Under the pieces are notes generated by a model. The model had not been told where the DNA came from and did no database searches. It saw nothing but the letters and a program-made list of their open reading frames with translations. The position numbers were made by a program, and so were the translations under genes. From positions 67,332,001 to 67,396,000 of the forward strand of contig NC_135657.1 of the NCBI RefSeq assembly GCF_964188315.1: a stretch of 64,000 nt of DNA. Direction: 5' to 3'. Below are positions 51,124 through 62,292 of this stretch, in pieces (the first letter of the stretch is position 1; the number at the start of each line of letters is the position of its first letter). This DNA is from Podarcis muralis (lineage: Eukaryota).

Positions 51124-51369
51124 TAATTTGCCTTCTGCTGAGAAGTTAATTTTGTCACATTATTCCAAGTCACCCCAGAACCCAAAGCAAAACAACCAAG
51201 AAGAAGTTAAAAGAAAAACCTGTGCAAACAGATTTGTTATTTAAAAAAAAAAACACCAACCCAAACATCCAGGGATTTGTGTTAATCTTTTTTTTCATCA
51301 GTAAATATTGCTGAAAATGAAAACCTAGGGACTGTGCCAGACATCCATCATAAACAGAAAGCAAAAGGC

Positions 51370-51540
51370 TGCAGTCAGGCATGTGGAAGTTTCCAAGTTC
51401 AGGTAGACCTGTACAGGTAGACCTGGAAGAGACCCCTATCTGACACCCTGGAGAATCACTGCTGGATCGTGTGGACCATACTAAGCTAAGAAGACTAATG
51501 GCCTTACTCAGTATAAGGCAGCTTCCTATGTTTCTCATGA
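51370..51540 (+). mobile_element. Degraded Squam2-like SINE
   Basis: 3' end 'actcagtataaggcagcttcctatgtttc' matches the end of the 49546-49870 copy. Confidence 0.55.
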
Positions 51541-53000
51541 TCCATGCTGAGGTCCACAAGAGCAGTCTAGATGCACCTAGCACTGGTACCCAAGGGGGTC
51601 TCAGTTGTGCCCTGCTGCCATCATTAGAATGCTAACACCTCCAGCCACAAGATACAGAAAGAGATTGTTAGTTATCAATTCCAAGAGGGGATTCAGTCCC
51701 AACACAGTCCTTATTGGTACTTCTAAACTGTTTTCTACCCTAATTGCTAATCCCAGATATATAGAACTGCAGGTGGTGTCCCTACTGACATCCACAAAGT
51801 GTTATCACTCATGATGATGACTTTCAGTGTAAAACCAGAAATGGAGGCTGGGTGTGACTTCTTCTCTAAGCATGTCACTTGTTTGATGGTTCTGCTGGGT
51901 GAGATTCAGGACTCATTTGTTTGTTTTTAAACTCCTCCAGTACCATCATTGTGGGCAAGGTAGCTACACTACATGCACTAGCCATATACTTTTTTTAGAC
52001 TGAGAGCCTGTGTACGGGGACCTTTCCTTTCTATTTTTGTACGGTGTGTTGAGTGTAAATAATTAATATATGATGGTGTTGGTGATGAAGAAGGAGATGA
52101 CTTGCTAGTATGTGAGGGTCAAAATGTAGGAAGACCTCCTGTTCAGTTTTAGAACTGCCTCTTGTCTAGCTTCTACCAGGTGAATTGCTGTATAAAGTGA
52201 AAATATGGGCTCTTCCTAGACGCCTATTGATCCTTCTGTGCCCTTTGTGCATGGATGGAACATTCTCCCTTGTTCATTAAAATTCCAAAAGACAGGATGG
52301 CTGTTGCTACTGCTGTCGTTCTGGATCACTGAAGCACTACACTTGCTAAAGCAAAGCCTTGCAAGAAAAACTTTTTAGACTGTAATCCACACTCAGGTAA
52401 ACTGGGATGATGAACTTTGCACATGAATAGGAAAGAGACTTGATCAATGTCCATAGAACTTTTGTGCCTGTGCGCGCGCATCTCATTGCAAAACAAACAC
52501 AAAAACAAAACTGAATTTTGAACATTGCATTTTTGGGGGTTCTTTTGGGTCCTCATTGAGATAAGTGGAACTACTTGGTAAATAATCTGAGATGCTCGGG
52601 TTGCACCAATCTTGCATTAATTATTTTTGGCAAGGGGCATTTCCACTTACTGGAGTTTTGTGTATTTTGTGTCCATTGTTTGGAATCTTAGGTGAGATAA
52701 CCACACAGTGAAGTTGTCCCCAGTTCCAGTCACTTCACAGTGGCAACTTAAGGTCCAAATAATTTACTGCTGCAGAATATTAGACTTCAATAATACAGCT
52801 GCAGATGTTGATATATGCATACACCTTGTAGGCTTTGCAGATACAGTGGTACCTCAGGTTACATACGCTTCAGGTTACAGACTCCGTTAACCCAGAAATA
52901 GTGCTTCAGGTTAAGAACGTTGCTTCAGGATGAGAACAGAAATCGTGCTCTGGCGGCACGGCGGCAGCAGGAGGCCCCATTAGATAAAGTGGTGCTTCAG

Positions 53001-53450
53001 AGCTTCAGGGCAGCAGCTGAAGAAGGAACAAAAAGGGTTTTCTTGTGTGAGCTTCTTGTGGCTGATTAGCTGCTCTCTCTGGGCAAAGGTCAGAGGGGGC
53101 AGGGCTTCTGTTGAGGTAGGTGATTAGCTGTGGGAGGAGCTTATCAGAGCTTCAGGGCAGCGGCTGAAGAAGGAACAAAAAGGGTTTTCTTGTGTGAGCT
53201 TCTTGTGGCTGATTAGCTGCTCTCTCTGGGCAAAGGTCAGAGGGGGCAGGGCTTCTGTTGAGGTAGGTAATTAGCTGTGGGAGGAGCTTATCAGAGCTTC
53301 AGGGCAGCAGCTGAAGAAGGAACAAAAAGGGTTTTCTTGTGTGAGCTTCTTGTGGCTGATTAGCTGCTCTCTCTGGGCAAAGGTCAGAGGGGGCAGGGCT
53401 TCTGTTGAGGTAGGTGATTAGCTGTGGGAGGAGCTTATCAGAGCTTCAGG
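53001..53450 (+). repeat. 5' UTR tandem array: three 147-bp monomers plus 9 bp
   Basis: Unit starts at 53001, 53148, 53295 and 53442; units 1 and 3 are identical, unit 2 differs at 2 positions. Confidence 0.97.
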
Positions 53451-53552
53451 TTTGATCCATATTTTAGATTTAGGGGAGCTAGTCTCAAACATTTGTTGGG
53501 GGAGACCTAGGTTTTTTGGGAGGGATTTATTTGTCCTGTCTCCACACTTTTT

Positions 53553-54626
53553 ATGATAGAGGACCACTGTAGTCACCCCCAACGACACGTTCCCAAGATG
53601 GAGGGTGGGGGAACAGCTGCAGTCGCCCGTGGTTCCTGCGCAATGTTTGCCATCTTGCCAAAGGTTGCAGGCAGCTTTACCTGCAGCAATTGCATGTTGA
53701 TTGCCCTCTTAAAAGACAAAGTCCAGCAACTGGAGGAACGTGTAGCTACGCTCCAAAGAATTAGAGAGCTGGAACTCTTCTTGGAAGCAACAGAGCACAC
53801 CGTCTCCACCAAGGAAGAGACAGGGGACTCCCCTGAGAAGGTGGCTAGTTCACCAACACAGAAGCCAGATATATGGAGAAACGTGACTCAAAGAAGTAGG
53901 AGGCCCAGGGTTCGCTCTGATTGTTTAGAAATACGCAATCGCTTTGAGGTCCTTTCCCCTAGCATGGAAGACGAAGAGCAGACTCCATTTGAGGATCTCT
54001 CCCTCATTACAGTCGATCAGGTATATGAAGACGAGGAGCAAAGGCAGTCCTCTGGGAATGTCCAGGCGACCTTGGAACCGACAGCTCACAGAAGAACCCC
54101 GACCAGACCTAAGAGGAGGCGTGTAGTGGTGATAGGGGATTCCCTACTGAGGGGAACAGAAGCAGTGATCTGTGGGCCTGACAAGATGCCTCGGGAAGTG
54201 TGCTGTCTCCCCGGGGCTAAGATCCAAGATGTAACTGAACGACTGCAAGGAATCATAAAACCCACTGACAAATCCCCCTTCCTCTTGGTTCATGTGGGAA
54301 CCAATGACACTGCAAGCAATAGCCTCCAGAAGATCAAAAGAGATTACGAGGCTCTGGGCAGGAAATTGAAGCAATTAAATGCACAAATTGTCATCTCATC
54401 TGTCCTCCCAGTTGAACGACGTGGCCCAGGGAGAGAGGGAAAAATAGTGGAAGTGAACAACTGGCTTCGCAAATGGTGCAAACAGGAACGGTTTGGATTC
54501 TTAGATCACGGAATGCAGTTTCTTGAAGATGGACTTCTGGCAAGCCATGGGCTGCACCTCACAACGGTTGGGAGGAATGTTTTTGCAAAAAATCTCAGAA
54601 ACCTCATCAGGAGGGCTTTAAACTGA
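53553..54626 (+). CDS. CR1 ORF1p: N-terminal zinc finger/leucine zipper and SGNH/GDSL esterase domain
   Basis: 357-aa ORF; xGSC...CSNC, coiled coil [15 protein letters not shown], esterase blocks GDSLL, HVGTND and xGLHL. True start may be the ATG at 53598. Confidence 0.92.
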   Translation: MIEDHCSHPQRHVPKMEGGGTAAVARGSCAMFAILPKVAGSFTCSNCMLIALLKDKVQQLEERVATLQRIRELELFLEATEHTVSTKEETGDSPEKVASSPTQKPDIWRNVTQRSRRPRVRSDCLEIRNRFEVLSPSMEDEEQTPFEDLSLITVDQVYEDEEQRQSSGNVQATLEPTAHRRTPTRPKRRRVVVIGDSLLRGTEAVICGPDKMPREVCCLPGAKIQDVTERLQGIIKPTDKSPFLLVHVGTNDTASNSLQKIKRDYEALGRKLKQLNAQIVISSVLPVERRGPGREGKIVEVNNWLRKWCKQERFGFLDHGMQFLEDGLLASHGLHLTTVGRNVFAKNLRNLIRRALN

Positions 54627-54631
54627 CTAAT

Positions 54632-57625
54632 GTGGGGGAGGGAGACAGTGCTCCTGAAGGTAGGAGTCTATCAATTGATGAAGATGATCATCCAAATGTC
54701 ATAGACCAAATGGAGCAAAGAGCATGCAGACCTAGTGGTGGGAGGAGAAAATCCTTAAATAAGAGACACGGGGGAATGATTAATGGACTTCAATGTCTGT
54801 ACACTAATGCGCAAAGCATGGGAAATAAACAAGATGAGCTTGAGCTCCTGGTACAGCAAACTAAATATGACATAATAGGAATCACTGAAACCTGGTGGGA
54901 TAAATCCCACGATTGGAATGTAATAATGGAGGGATACAATCTATTTCAAAGAAACAGACCAGACAAGAAAGGAGGAGGAGTGGCGTTATATGTCAGGGAT
55001 GTGTATACCTGTGAAGAGATCCAAGATTTAGAACCTCAAAGCCAAAGTGAGAGCATTTGGGTCAAAATTAAGGGAGAGAAGAATAACAGTGACCTCATTG
55101 TGGGAGTTTACTATAGATCCCCAAGCCAAACGGAGGACATAGATGATGCCTTCCTGGAACAGATGGCCAAGCATGCAAAAGGAAGGGAGATAGTAGTAAT
55201 GGGGGACTTCAATTACCCGGATATTTGTTGGATGTCAAACTCAGCCAAGAGCATAAGGTCAAACAGATTCCTCACTGCCCTTGCAGACAACTTCATTGTC
55301 CAGAAAGTGGGAGAAGCAACAAGAGGAACAGCCATTTTAGATCTGGTCCTAACCAATGTTGATGACCTGGTTAGTGGGGTAGAAGTGGAAGGATCATTAG
55401 GCGCGAGTGATCATGCTCTTCTGAAGTTTACTATACAGCGGAAAGGAGCAGCCAAGCATACTAGGACTCAATATCTCGACTTTAAGAAAGCCGACTTCAT
55501 AAAGCTTAGGGAAGTGCTGGGTGAGATCCCATGGACAGTAATACTAAAAGGAAAGGGAGTTCAAGATGGCTGGGAGTTTGTTAAGAGGGAGATAGTAAAA
55601 GCACAACTTCAGGCAATACCAATGAGACGGAAACATGGAAGGTGCCTAAAGAAGCCAGGGTGGCTATCTAAAGAACTTTTAACTGAGTTAAGATTAAAAA
55701 AGGATGTGTACAAAAAATGGAAAAGGGGGGAAACCACCAAAGAGGAATTCAAACAAATAGCCAGCACGTGTAGACACAAAGTCAGAAAAGCTAAAGCACA
55801 AAATGAACTCAGGCTTGCTAGAGAGGTTAAAAGCAACAAAAAAGGCTTTTATGGGTATGTTCGTAGCAAAAGGAAGAACAAAGAAACCGTGGGGTCACTC
55901 AGAGGAGAAGATGGTGAAATGCAAACAGGGGACACAGAAAGGGCTGAACTCCTCAATGCCTTCTTTGCCTCAGTCTTCTCCGATAAAGAAAACAATGCCC
56001 GACCTGAAGAATTTGGAGCAAATGATTCAGCAGAGGAAACACAGCCCAGAATAACTAAGGAGATAGTACAAGAATACTTGGCTAGTCTAGATGTATTCAA
56101 GTCTCCAGGGCCAGATGAACTGCATCCAAGAGTATTAAAAGAACTGGCAGATGTGATTTCAGAACCACTGGCAGTCATCTTTGAGAATTCCTGGAGAACA
56201 GGCGAAGTCCCGGCAGACTGGAGGAGGGCAAATGTTGTCCCTATTTTCAAAAAGGGGAAAAGAGAGGACCCAAATAATTACCGCCCAGTCAGTCTGACAT
56301 CAATACCAGGGAAGATTCTGGAGCAGATCATTAAGCAAACAGTCTGTGAGCACCTAGAAAGGAATGCTGTGATCACCAATAGTCAGCATGGATTTCTGAA
56401 AAATAAGTCATGTCAGACTAACCTGATCTCGTTTTTTGACAGAATTACAAGCCTGGTAGATGAAGGGAACGCAGTGGATGTAGTCTACCTTGATTTCAGC
56501 AAGGCATTTGACAAGGTGCCCCATGATATTCTTGTAAAGAAGCTGGTAAAATGCGGTCTTGACTATGCTACCACTCAGTGGATTTGTAACTGGCTGACTG
56601 ACCGAACCCAAAGGGTGCTCATCAATGGTTCCTCTTCATCCTGGAGAAGAGTGACTAGTGGGGTGCCACAGGGTTCTGTCTTGGGCCCGGTCTTATTCAA
56701 CATCTTTATCAACGACTTGGATGATGGACTCAAGGGCATCCTGATCAAATTTGCAGATGACACCAAACTGGGAGGGGTGGCTAACACCCCAGAGGACAGG
56801 ATCACACTTCAAAACGACCTTGACAGATTAGAGAACTGGGCCAAAACAAACAAGATGAATTTTAACAGGGAGAAATGTAAAGTATTGCACTTGGGCAAAA
56901 AAAATGAGAGGCACAAATACAAGATGGGTGACACCTGGCTTGAGAGCAGTACATGTGAAAAGGATCTAGGAGTCTTGGTTGACCACAAACTTGACATGAG
57001 CCAACAGTGTGACGCGGCAGCTAAAAAAGCCAATGCAATTCTGGGCCTCATCAATAGGAGTATAGCATCTAGATCAAGGGAAGTAATAGTGCCACTGTAT
57101 TCTGCTCTGGTCAGACCTCACCTGGAGTACTGTGTCCAGTTCTGGGCACCACAGTTCAAGAAGGACACTGACAAACTGGAACGTGTCCAGAGGAGGGCAA
57201 CCAAAATGGTCAAAGGCCTGGAAATGATGCCTTATGAGGAACGGCTAAGGGAGCTGGGCATGTTTAGCCTGGAGAAGAGGAGGTTAAGGGGTGATATGAT
57301 AGCCATGTTCAAATATATAAAAGGATGTCACATAGAGGAGGGAGAAAGGTTGTTTTCTGCTGCTCCAGAGAAGCGGACACGGAGCAATGGATCCAAACTA
57401 CAAGAAAGAAGATTCCACCTAAACATTAGGAAGAACTTCCTGACAGTAAGAGCTGTTCGACAGTGGAATTTGCTGCCAAGGAGTGTGGTGGAGTCTCCTT
57501 CTTTGGAGGTCTTTAAGCAGAGGCTTGACAACCATATGTCAGGAGTGCTCTGGTGGTGTTTCCTGCTTGGCAGGGGGTTGGACTCGATGGCCCTTGTAGT
57601 CTCTTCCAAATCTATGATTCTATGA
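54632..57625 (+). CDS. CR1 ORF2p: apurinic-like endonuclease and reverse transcriptase
   Basis: 997-aa open frame; endonuclease motifs YTNAQS, ITETWW, GDFNYP, LDLVLT, SDH; RT motifs [35 protein letters not shown]. First in-frame ATG at 54710. Confidence 0.97.
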   Translation: MGEGDSAPEGRSLSIDEDDHPNVIDQMEQRACRPSGGRRKSLNKRHGGMINGLQCLYTNAQSMGNKQDELELLVQQTKYDIIGITETWWDKSHDWNVIMEGYNLFQRNRPDKKGGGVALYVRDVYTCEEIQDLEPQSQSESIWVKIKGEKNNSDLIVGVYYRSPSQTEDIDDAFLEQMAKHAKGREIVVMGDFNYPDICWMSNSAKSIRSNRFLTALADNFIVQKVGEATRGTAILDLVLTNVDDLVSGVEVEGSLGASDHALLKFTIQRKGAAKHTRTQYLDFKKADFIKLREVLGEIPWTVILKGKGVQDGWEFVKREIVKAQLQAIPMRRKHGRCLKKPGWLSKELLTELRLKKDVYKKWKRGETTKEEFKQIASTCRHKVRKAKAQNELRLAREVKSNKKGFYGYVRSKRKNKETVGSLRGEDGEMQTGDTERAELLNAFFASVFSDKENNARPEEFGANDSAEETQPRITKEIVQEYLASLDVFKSPGPDELHPRVLKELADVISEPLAVIFENSWRTGEVPADWRRANVVPIFKKGKREDPNNYRPVSLTSIPGKILEQIIKQTVCEHLERNAVITNSQHGFLKNKSCQTNLISFFDRITSLVDEGNAVDVVYLDFSKAFDKVPHDILVKKLVKCGLDYATTQWICNWLTDRTQRVLINGSSSSWRRVTSGVPQGSVLGPVLFNIFINDLDDGLKGILIKFADDTKLGGVANTPEDRITLQNDLDRLENWAKTNKMNFNREKCKVLHLGKKNERHKYKMGDTWLESSTCEKDLGVLVDHKLDMSQQCDAAAKKANAILGLINRSIASRSREVIVPLYSALVRPHLEYCVQFWAPQFKKDTDKLERVQRRATKMVKGLEMMPYEERLRELGMFSLEKRRLRGDMIAMFKYIKGCHIEEGERLFSAAPEKRTRSNGSKLQERRFHLNIRKNFLTVRAVRQWNLLPRSVVESPSLEVFKQRLDNHMSGVLWWCFLLGRGLDSMALVVSSKSMIL

Positions 57626-58942
57626 TTCTATGATTCTATGATTCTAGGTTAAGAACAGTTTAAGGTTAAGTACGGACCTCCGGAATGAATTAAGTACTTA
57701 ACCTGAGGTACCACTGTACAGATATATACAAGTACAAAGTATTCCTGTTGCTCCAGCAATTCAAGACATAACACTGACTCTGACTCATGGATAGACTCAT
57801 TAACACACAAAACAAGACCCCAGACCCAGTGAGCTGATGTGCCCTAATCACTTATATAGATGGCATTGGGTCATTTCCATAGCAACTGGCTTAGCTTACC
57901 TTGAACCTGTTGGCTTATCTCATACATGGGGTGGTTTGTGCTCATGAAGGAAATTAACCCCTTCTTCCATGTCCAGTTCCTACAACATCCATGTGTGCAC
58001 ACACACACATACATACATGAACACATACACACAACCTTCTATAGGAAATGGTACCTTAACAACAGCTGTCTTTGAATTTATTCAGCGGGGATACTAAATG
58101 CTGGATCTATGTGGCCAATTAGACATGAGTATTAGTCCTGCTATAACAGAAAGTATTACTCAGCTCTATTATAAATTTGATGATCAATAGAAATGTGTTA
58201 CTATTACATGATAAGCTGTTTAGAAAACCAGACGAAGCATTTGCAGAGACAAGAGGGAATGAACAACAAATACAGGACAGGGCTATTAAATTACTTTCGT
58301 TTTGCTGAGAGAAAGATTTGCCATAAAGGAGTTGCTTTCTCTAAATATTTGGAATATGTGCATTGACTGGAATTAAAATTCAGAAAGGTTTGCCAAATGC
58401 TTAAATCAGCATATCCATGAATAGAAAGCAGGACTATAATGATGCCTAGCTATGACATATGAGAGGGATGCTTAGAATCTGATTGAGGTAATAGCGAAAA
58501 CACAATGACTATATTTTGGTTAAAAGCATTTTGGTAATGCAAAAATACACACAGATGTTTGTGTGTGCGAGCGCACACATACAATTAGTTAGTTGGCTGG
58601 TTTTGGAGAGATGTAGAATATAAGATTACTGTGGCCCAGCTCCCAGCTGACTTAACTCTTTCTAAAAAGGCACTCCTGGTTTGCCTGCCTAGGGATGTCT
58701 CTGTGTTGGGTGACCCCTGGGTGACCCAGCATCAAGACAAAGTGGAAAGAGAGTCTCCTGCGGCAAGAGTGAAATCAACTTCACATTTCCCTTAGCACGC
58801 TTTCCTTGTTACAAACAATCTGCTTTGCTGTGCTTTGAAAATTAGATCATGGTTTTACATGCACTTGATTAACATGATACTGGCAGAGTCTGAGTGAGAA
58901 GAAATAAAAAAATGATGTTGCAAACGGAAAATGCTACTTACC

Positions 58943-58946
<4 letters not shown>

Positions 58947-58984
<38 letters not shown>
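58947..58984. repeat. (GA)n microsatellite
   Basis: Direct reading. Confidence 0.95.
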
Positions 58985-58987
<3 letters not shown>

Positions 58988-59724
58988 TAAATCTGAAGGT
59001 CGGTGTTTGTCTTTTAGGCAATACAGTACTAAATTATTATAGTTCCTTCAAGTAATTGATTTATTATCCTTTTCTAACCCTAGGATAAGATAGGATCCAA
59101 AACAACCGCTGAAATCCTAGCTAAAATTATTTTTGTCCATGCACTGCCAAGCAAGTGCAATTTGATCCAACAGCCATTTAAAAAAATGTTTCTTTTTTCC
59201 TTTTTGCAACTTGCTTTCAGTAATTATCATCATCATCATCATCATCACCAGTTGCAAAAATCTCTGTCTTGCCTTTGTGGAACAAGTGCTGCCAAGGCAG
59301 TTTGCACACAACATGTGGAAACAATAAACTCACCGTAAGACAAGTAAATAAAACAATAAAATATGAATTGCAGTCCTTTAAAACATTCATGAGATCAAGG
59401 TCAGCAGGGAGTACAGCATCAGGCAGGGCCCTATTCCTCCCTGACAGCATTAGTATACACATTGAAGAAAATGACTGAAGAAAGCTCTGGGGCACAATGT
59501 ATGCCATTTTTTTGCTTCTGCATCAAGCTGAAAATGACTACATAGTTTTGGTCCATATGCCCATCTCACACATCCTCGTTCAAGCGCCTCTAGATTGTGA
59601 CCAAGATGTGTAGGGTTTAAGTATATGTGAGCCAAAGTCATTTTTACTTGATAAACTCAGTTGAAAATAGAGAAGCTCAGCCATGCATAAGCTCTTTCTA
59701 CTACCCTCTTGTTTGAATTAACCA

Positions 59725-59771
59725 GTGTGTGTGTGTGTGCGCGCACGCACGCACACACACACACACACACA
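59725..59771. repeat. (TG)n(CG)n(CA)n tract
   Basis: Direct reading; self-complementary arms. Confidence 0.9.
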
Positions 59772-62218
59772 GATGCAGTTTTATAGCATCAAAAGTGAGA
59801 TTCAAAGGAAGCGCCCATTTTATCCAACAAAATGATTTACAAGTTTATTCAATTTATTGCTTTGACACTCAGGATGTATATGCTGAAAAGCAATATTTGT
59901 ATGGCAAGCAGATGTCAAATGATATCAAAATGGGAAGAAAGTAATTTGTTCGGTTTGTTAAAGCTGCTTCCATCTTTTTTGGAAGACTGGTGCTGTATAT
60001 TTGCCTTGCAGCTTGTTTGCTTGAACTAAGAGCCGGGTGATATGATACTCCAGCCCACTTTCTAGCTGAAAGGTGCTGGGGGAACCAGGCCAAGGACTTC
60101 AGCCTCAAGACTAAGGGCAGCTTGCATGCTGAAGGAGTTCCTGCCCGGGCCTATCAAAGGCATCAAGCTCACAAAAACTTGCCCTACAAACTGTTATCCG
60201 ACAGTTCAAGTAAGAGTCACCACTATGTGAATTAGGGTGTTGTGCACAGCATGGAATATTTGGGTTCATGTGTGTGCATTAATGTGTATGAGATAAGAGA
60301 TAGCCACAACCACCCACCTCGTCAGAGATTTAACTTTGAGGCATCCGCCAGAGGCAGCTGAATCCTGAAGAACAACCATTGTAACAGTTCACACTAACAA
60401 ACTCTTAACAAGGCATCCTGAAAAGGCAAAATTGGATACAAAAGTAGGGGCAATGATTAATTAAGAACAAACAGAAAATAGAGACTGTCTTTTTAAAATA
60501 GGAACAATTGGAGTTTATGCCTCTCATCTGCTTCTGGAAAGGACATAAGACATGTTTACTCTTGAGGGCATTCAACTGTGGAGATTGAGTGGATAGTTAT
60601 TATTCTGTTTTTCTGTCTGCCTAGTTTTCATTGTTATGAATTTAGCTGTTTCAGATATGATTATTGGCTTCTATGATTTTGATACCCATCCGCCCCACTT
60701 TGTTGGCTGCCTGGAGTTATGAAAAGGCAGTATCACAATATTTTAGGCGCATAAAGGAAATGAGTGAAAGATTAGACTAAAATGCTTAGGTCACTGCATA
60801 ATATGTGACCCAAACTGTACAACATTATTTACATTTAGTGCAACCTAATAGTCCCTGGCTCCCTTAAGGGATTGGGTCCTCTAGATTGGAAGCCACCTTA
60901 TATCAGGTCAGATATATTTGCCCATTTAGCCCATATTGTCTGGCAGCAGTTTCCTAGGGTGGTGCACTGTAGCCTTCCAGATGTTGTCGGGTTCCAATTC
61001 CAACCTTCTCCAGCAAATCCAATGTTCAGAGCTGTAGTTCAATAACATCTGGAGGACCACAGGTTCCTAATCCCTGCTCTGCTGTCTCAATAATAACTTC
61101 CTCATGACCTACTGCCCGAATCTTTTAATAGCAGATGCAAGGAAATGAAGCTGGAATCTTTTATATGCAATGCATATACTCGACCCCTGAAATGTGGTCC
61201 TTTTCCTTAATGTAAAAGGAGGTAGTATGTGTGATTCCCCTTGCCTTACTAGGCTCACCTATGAACCTTCTCTCAGGATTTCTCACACACTGATTACCCC
61301 ATCCTAGTCCTAGTTGATCTGCACTGTCAACATTCTAGTCTTGGCACTGCACCTCTGGTCATCCAGGTCTGTTATGGTTATTATTAGCAAAACAGTAATA
61401 AAAATAATGAAGGCCAAAGGCACGTAAGAAGTGGGAAAACTCTCTTCACAGGTGCACTTTTTCCCCATTGTGGTTGCTAATGCTGTTTTTTCCTCTCTTA
61501 ATGCATATTTTCCAAAATCAGATGAAAAGAGGTGCATTCCATCATGTTTATGTAAAGAATCAGAAACTGCTTAAACCATTAAAAAATGCATTTAAACTTG
61601 GGTATATCCTCAATAGGCAAATGTGTCAGGTAGGAAAAATGAAGCCCATTAAATAAATTTACAAAATAACAAGGCTGCATGCAGCAAGTTATTTTCTTGT
61701 CAAGTATAATCATTATTTTAACCTATAAGGGGCAAATTCTCACTTCCACAGTTAATCTTTCCTCTGGAAAACAAAATTAGAAGAAGGCGTACCAAAAAGA
61801 GTCAATTGAATTATAAATGTACCTGCTACTGAGAGGAAAGCCTTTGAGAACCAACAACCATCTCCTATTGGGCTACATTCCCATAATTTGGCCACTTCCG
61901 ACAGGTAAGAAATCAACCTGAGTTAAATCCCAAAGGCCACCTTTTCTTCTGAGCTAATATCAACCTGGTTGCAAAGAAAGGTAATGAAGCGATGGTAGTT
62001 GCCTTAGGACAAAAGAGGAGCCCTGCTAGATCTGTCTACTGCCCACCTAATCCAGCATTCTGTTCTCTCAGTAGACAACCAGATACTTATGGGAAACCCG
62101 GAAGCAGAACCTGAGCCCAACAGAACTCTCTCCCCTTGTGGTATACTGCCTTCAACAGTGGAGGTAGAACACAGTATCACAAAAGCCTCAAATACTGTTC
62201 TGTAACCTCACTAGTAAA

Positions 62219-62292
62219 GTGAGATGAGCGCTGCAACCCCAGAGTCGTCCGCAAATGGACCTAACAGTCAGGGGTCCCTTTACCTTTACCTT
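62219..62292 (+). mobile_element. Sauria SINE 3' fragment
   Basis: 'gagatgagcgctgcaaccccagagtcg...ggacctaacagtcaggggtccctttacctttaccttt'. Confidence 0.85.

Larger units (their letters stand above)
53001..57646 (+). mobile_element. Near full-length CR1 non-LTR retrotransposon (4.65 kb)
   Basis: 5' UTR monomer array, ORF1, ORF2 (APE-RT), short 3' UTR and (TTCTATGA)n tail at 57611-57646. Confidence 0.97.
52844..57716. mobile_element. Tc1/pogo-type MITE, copy 3, split by the CR1 (halves 52844-53000 and 57646-57716)
   Basis: TA TSD at 52842-43 and 57717-18; the halves rejoin to the 226-bp sequence of the other copies. Confidence 0.95.

Noticed and set aside
50931-51244. KERK-repeat ORFs
   Set aside because: Translation of the (AGAA)n microsatellite; the same applies to the THTH, LSLS and ERER ORFs at 11.0, 16.5, 26.6 and 43.9 kb.
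53001-53450. CRISPR-like repeat array
   Set aside because: Units are contiguous 147-bp repeats with no unique spacers, in a eukaryotic LINE 5' UTR; no cas genes.
55609-57609. Antisense ORFs within CR1 ORF2
   Set aside because: Shadow frames of an intact RT coding sequence; no independent evidence.
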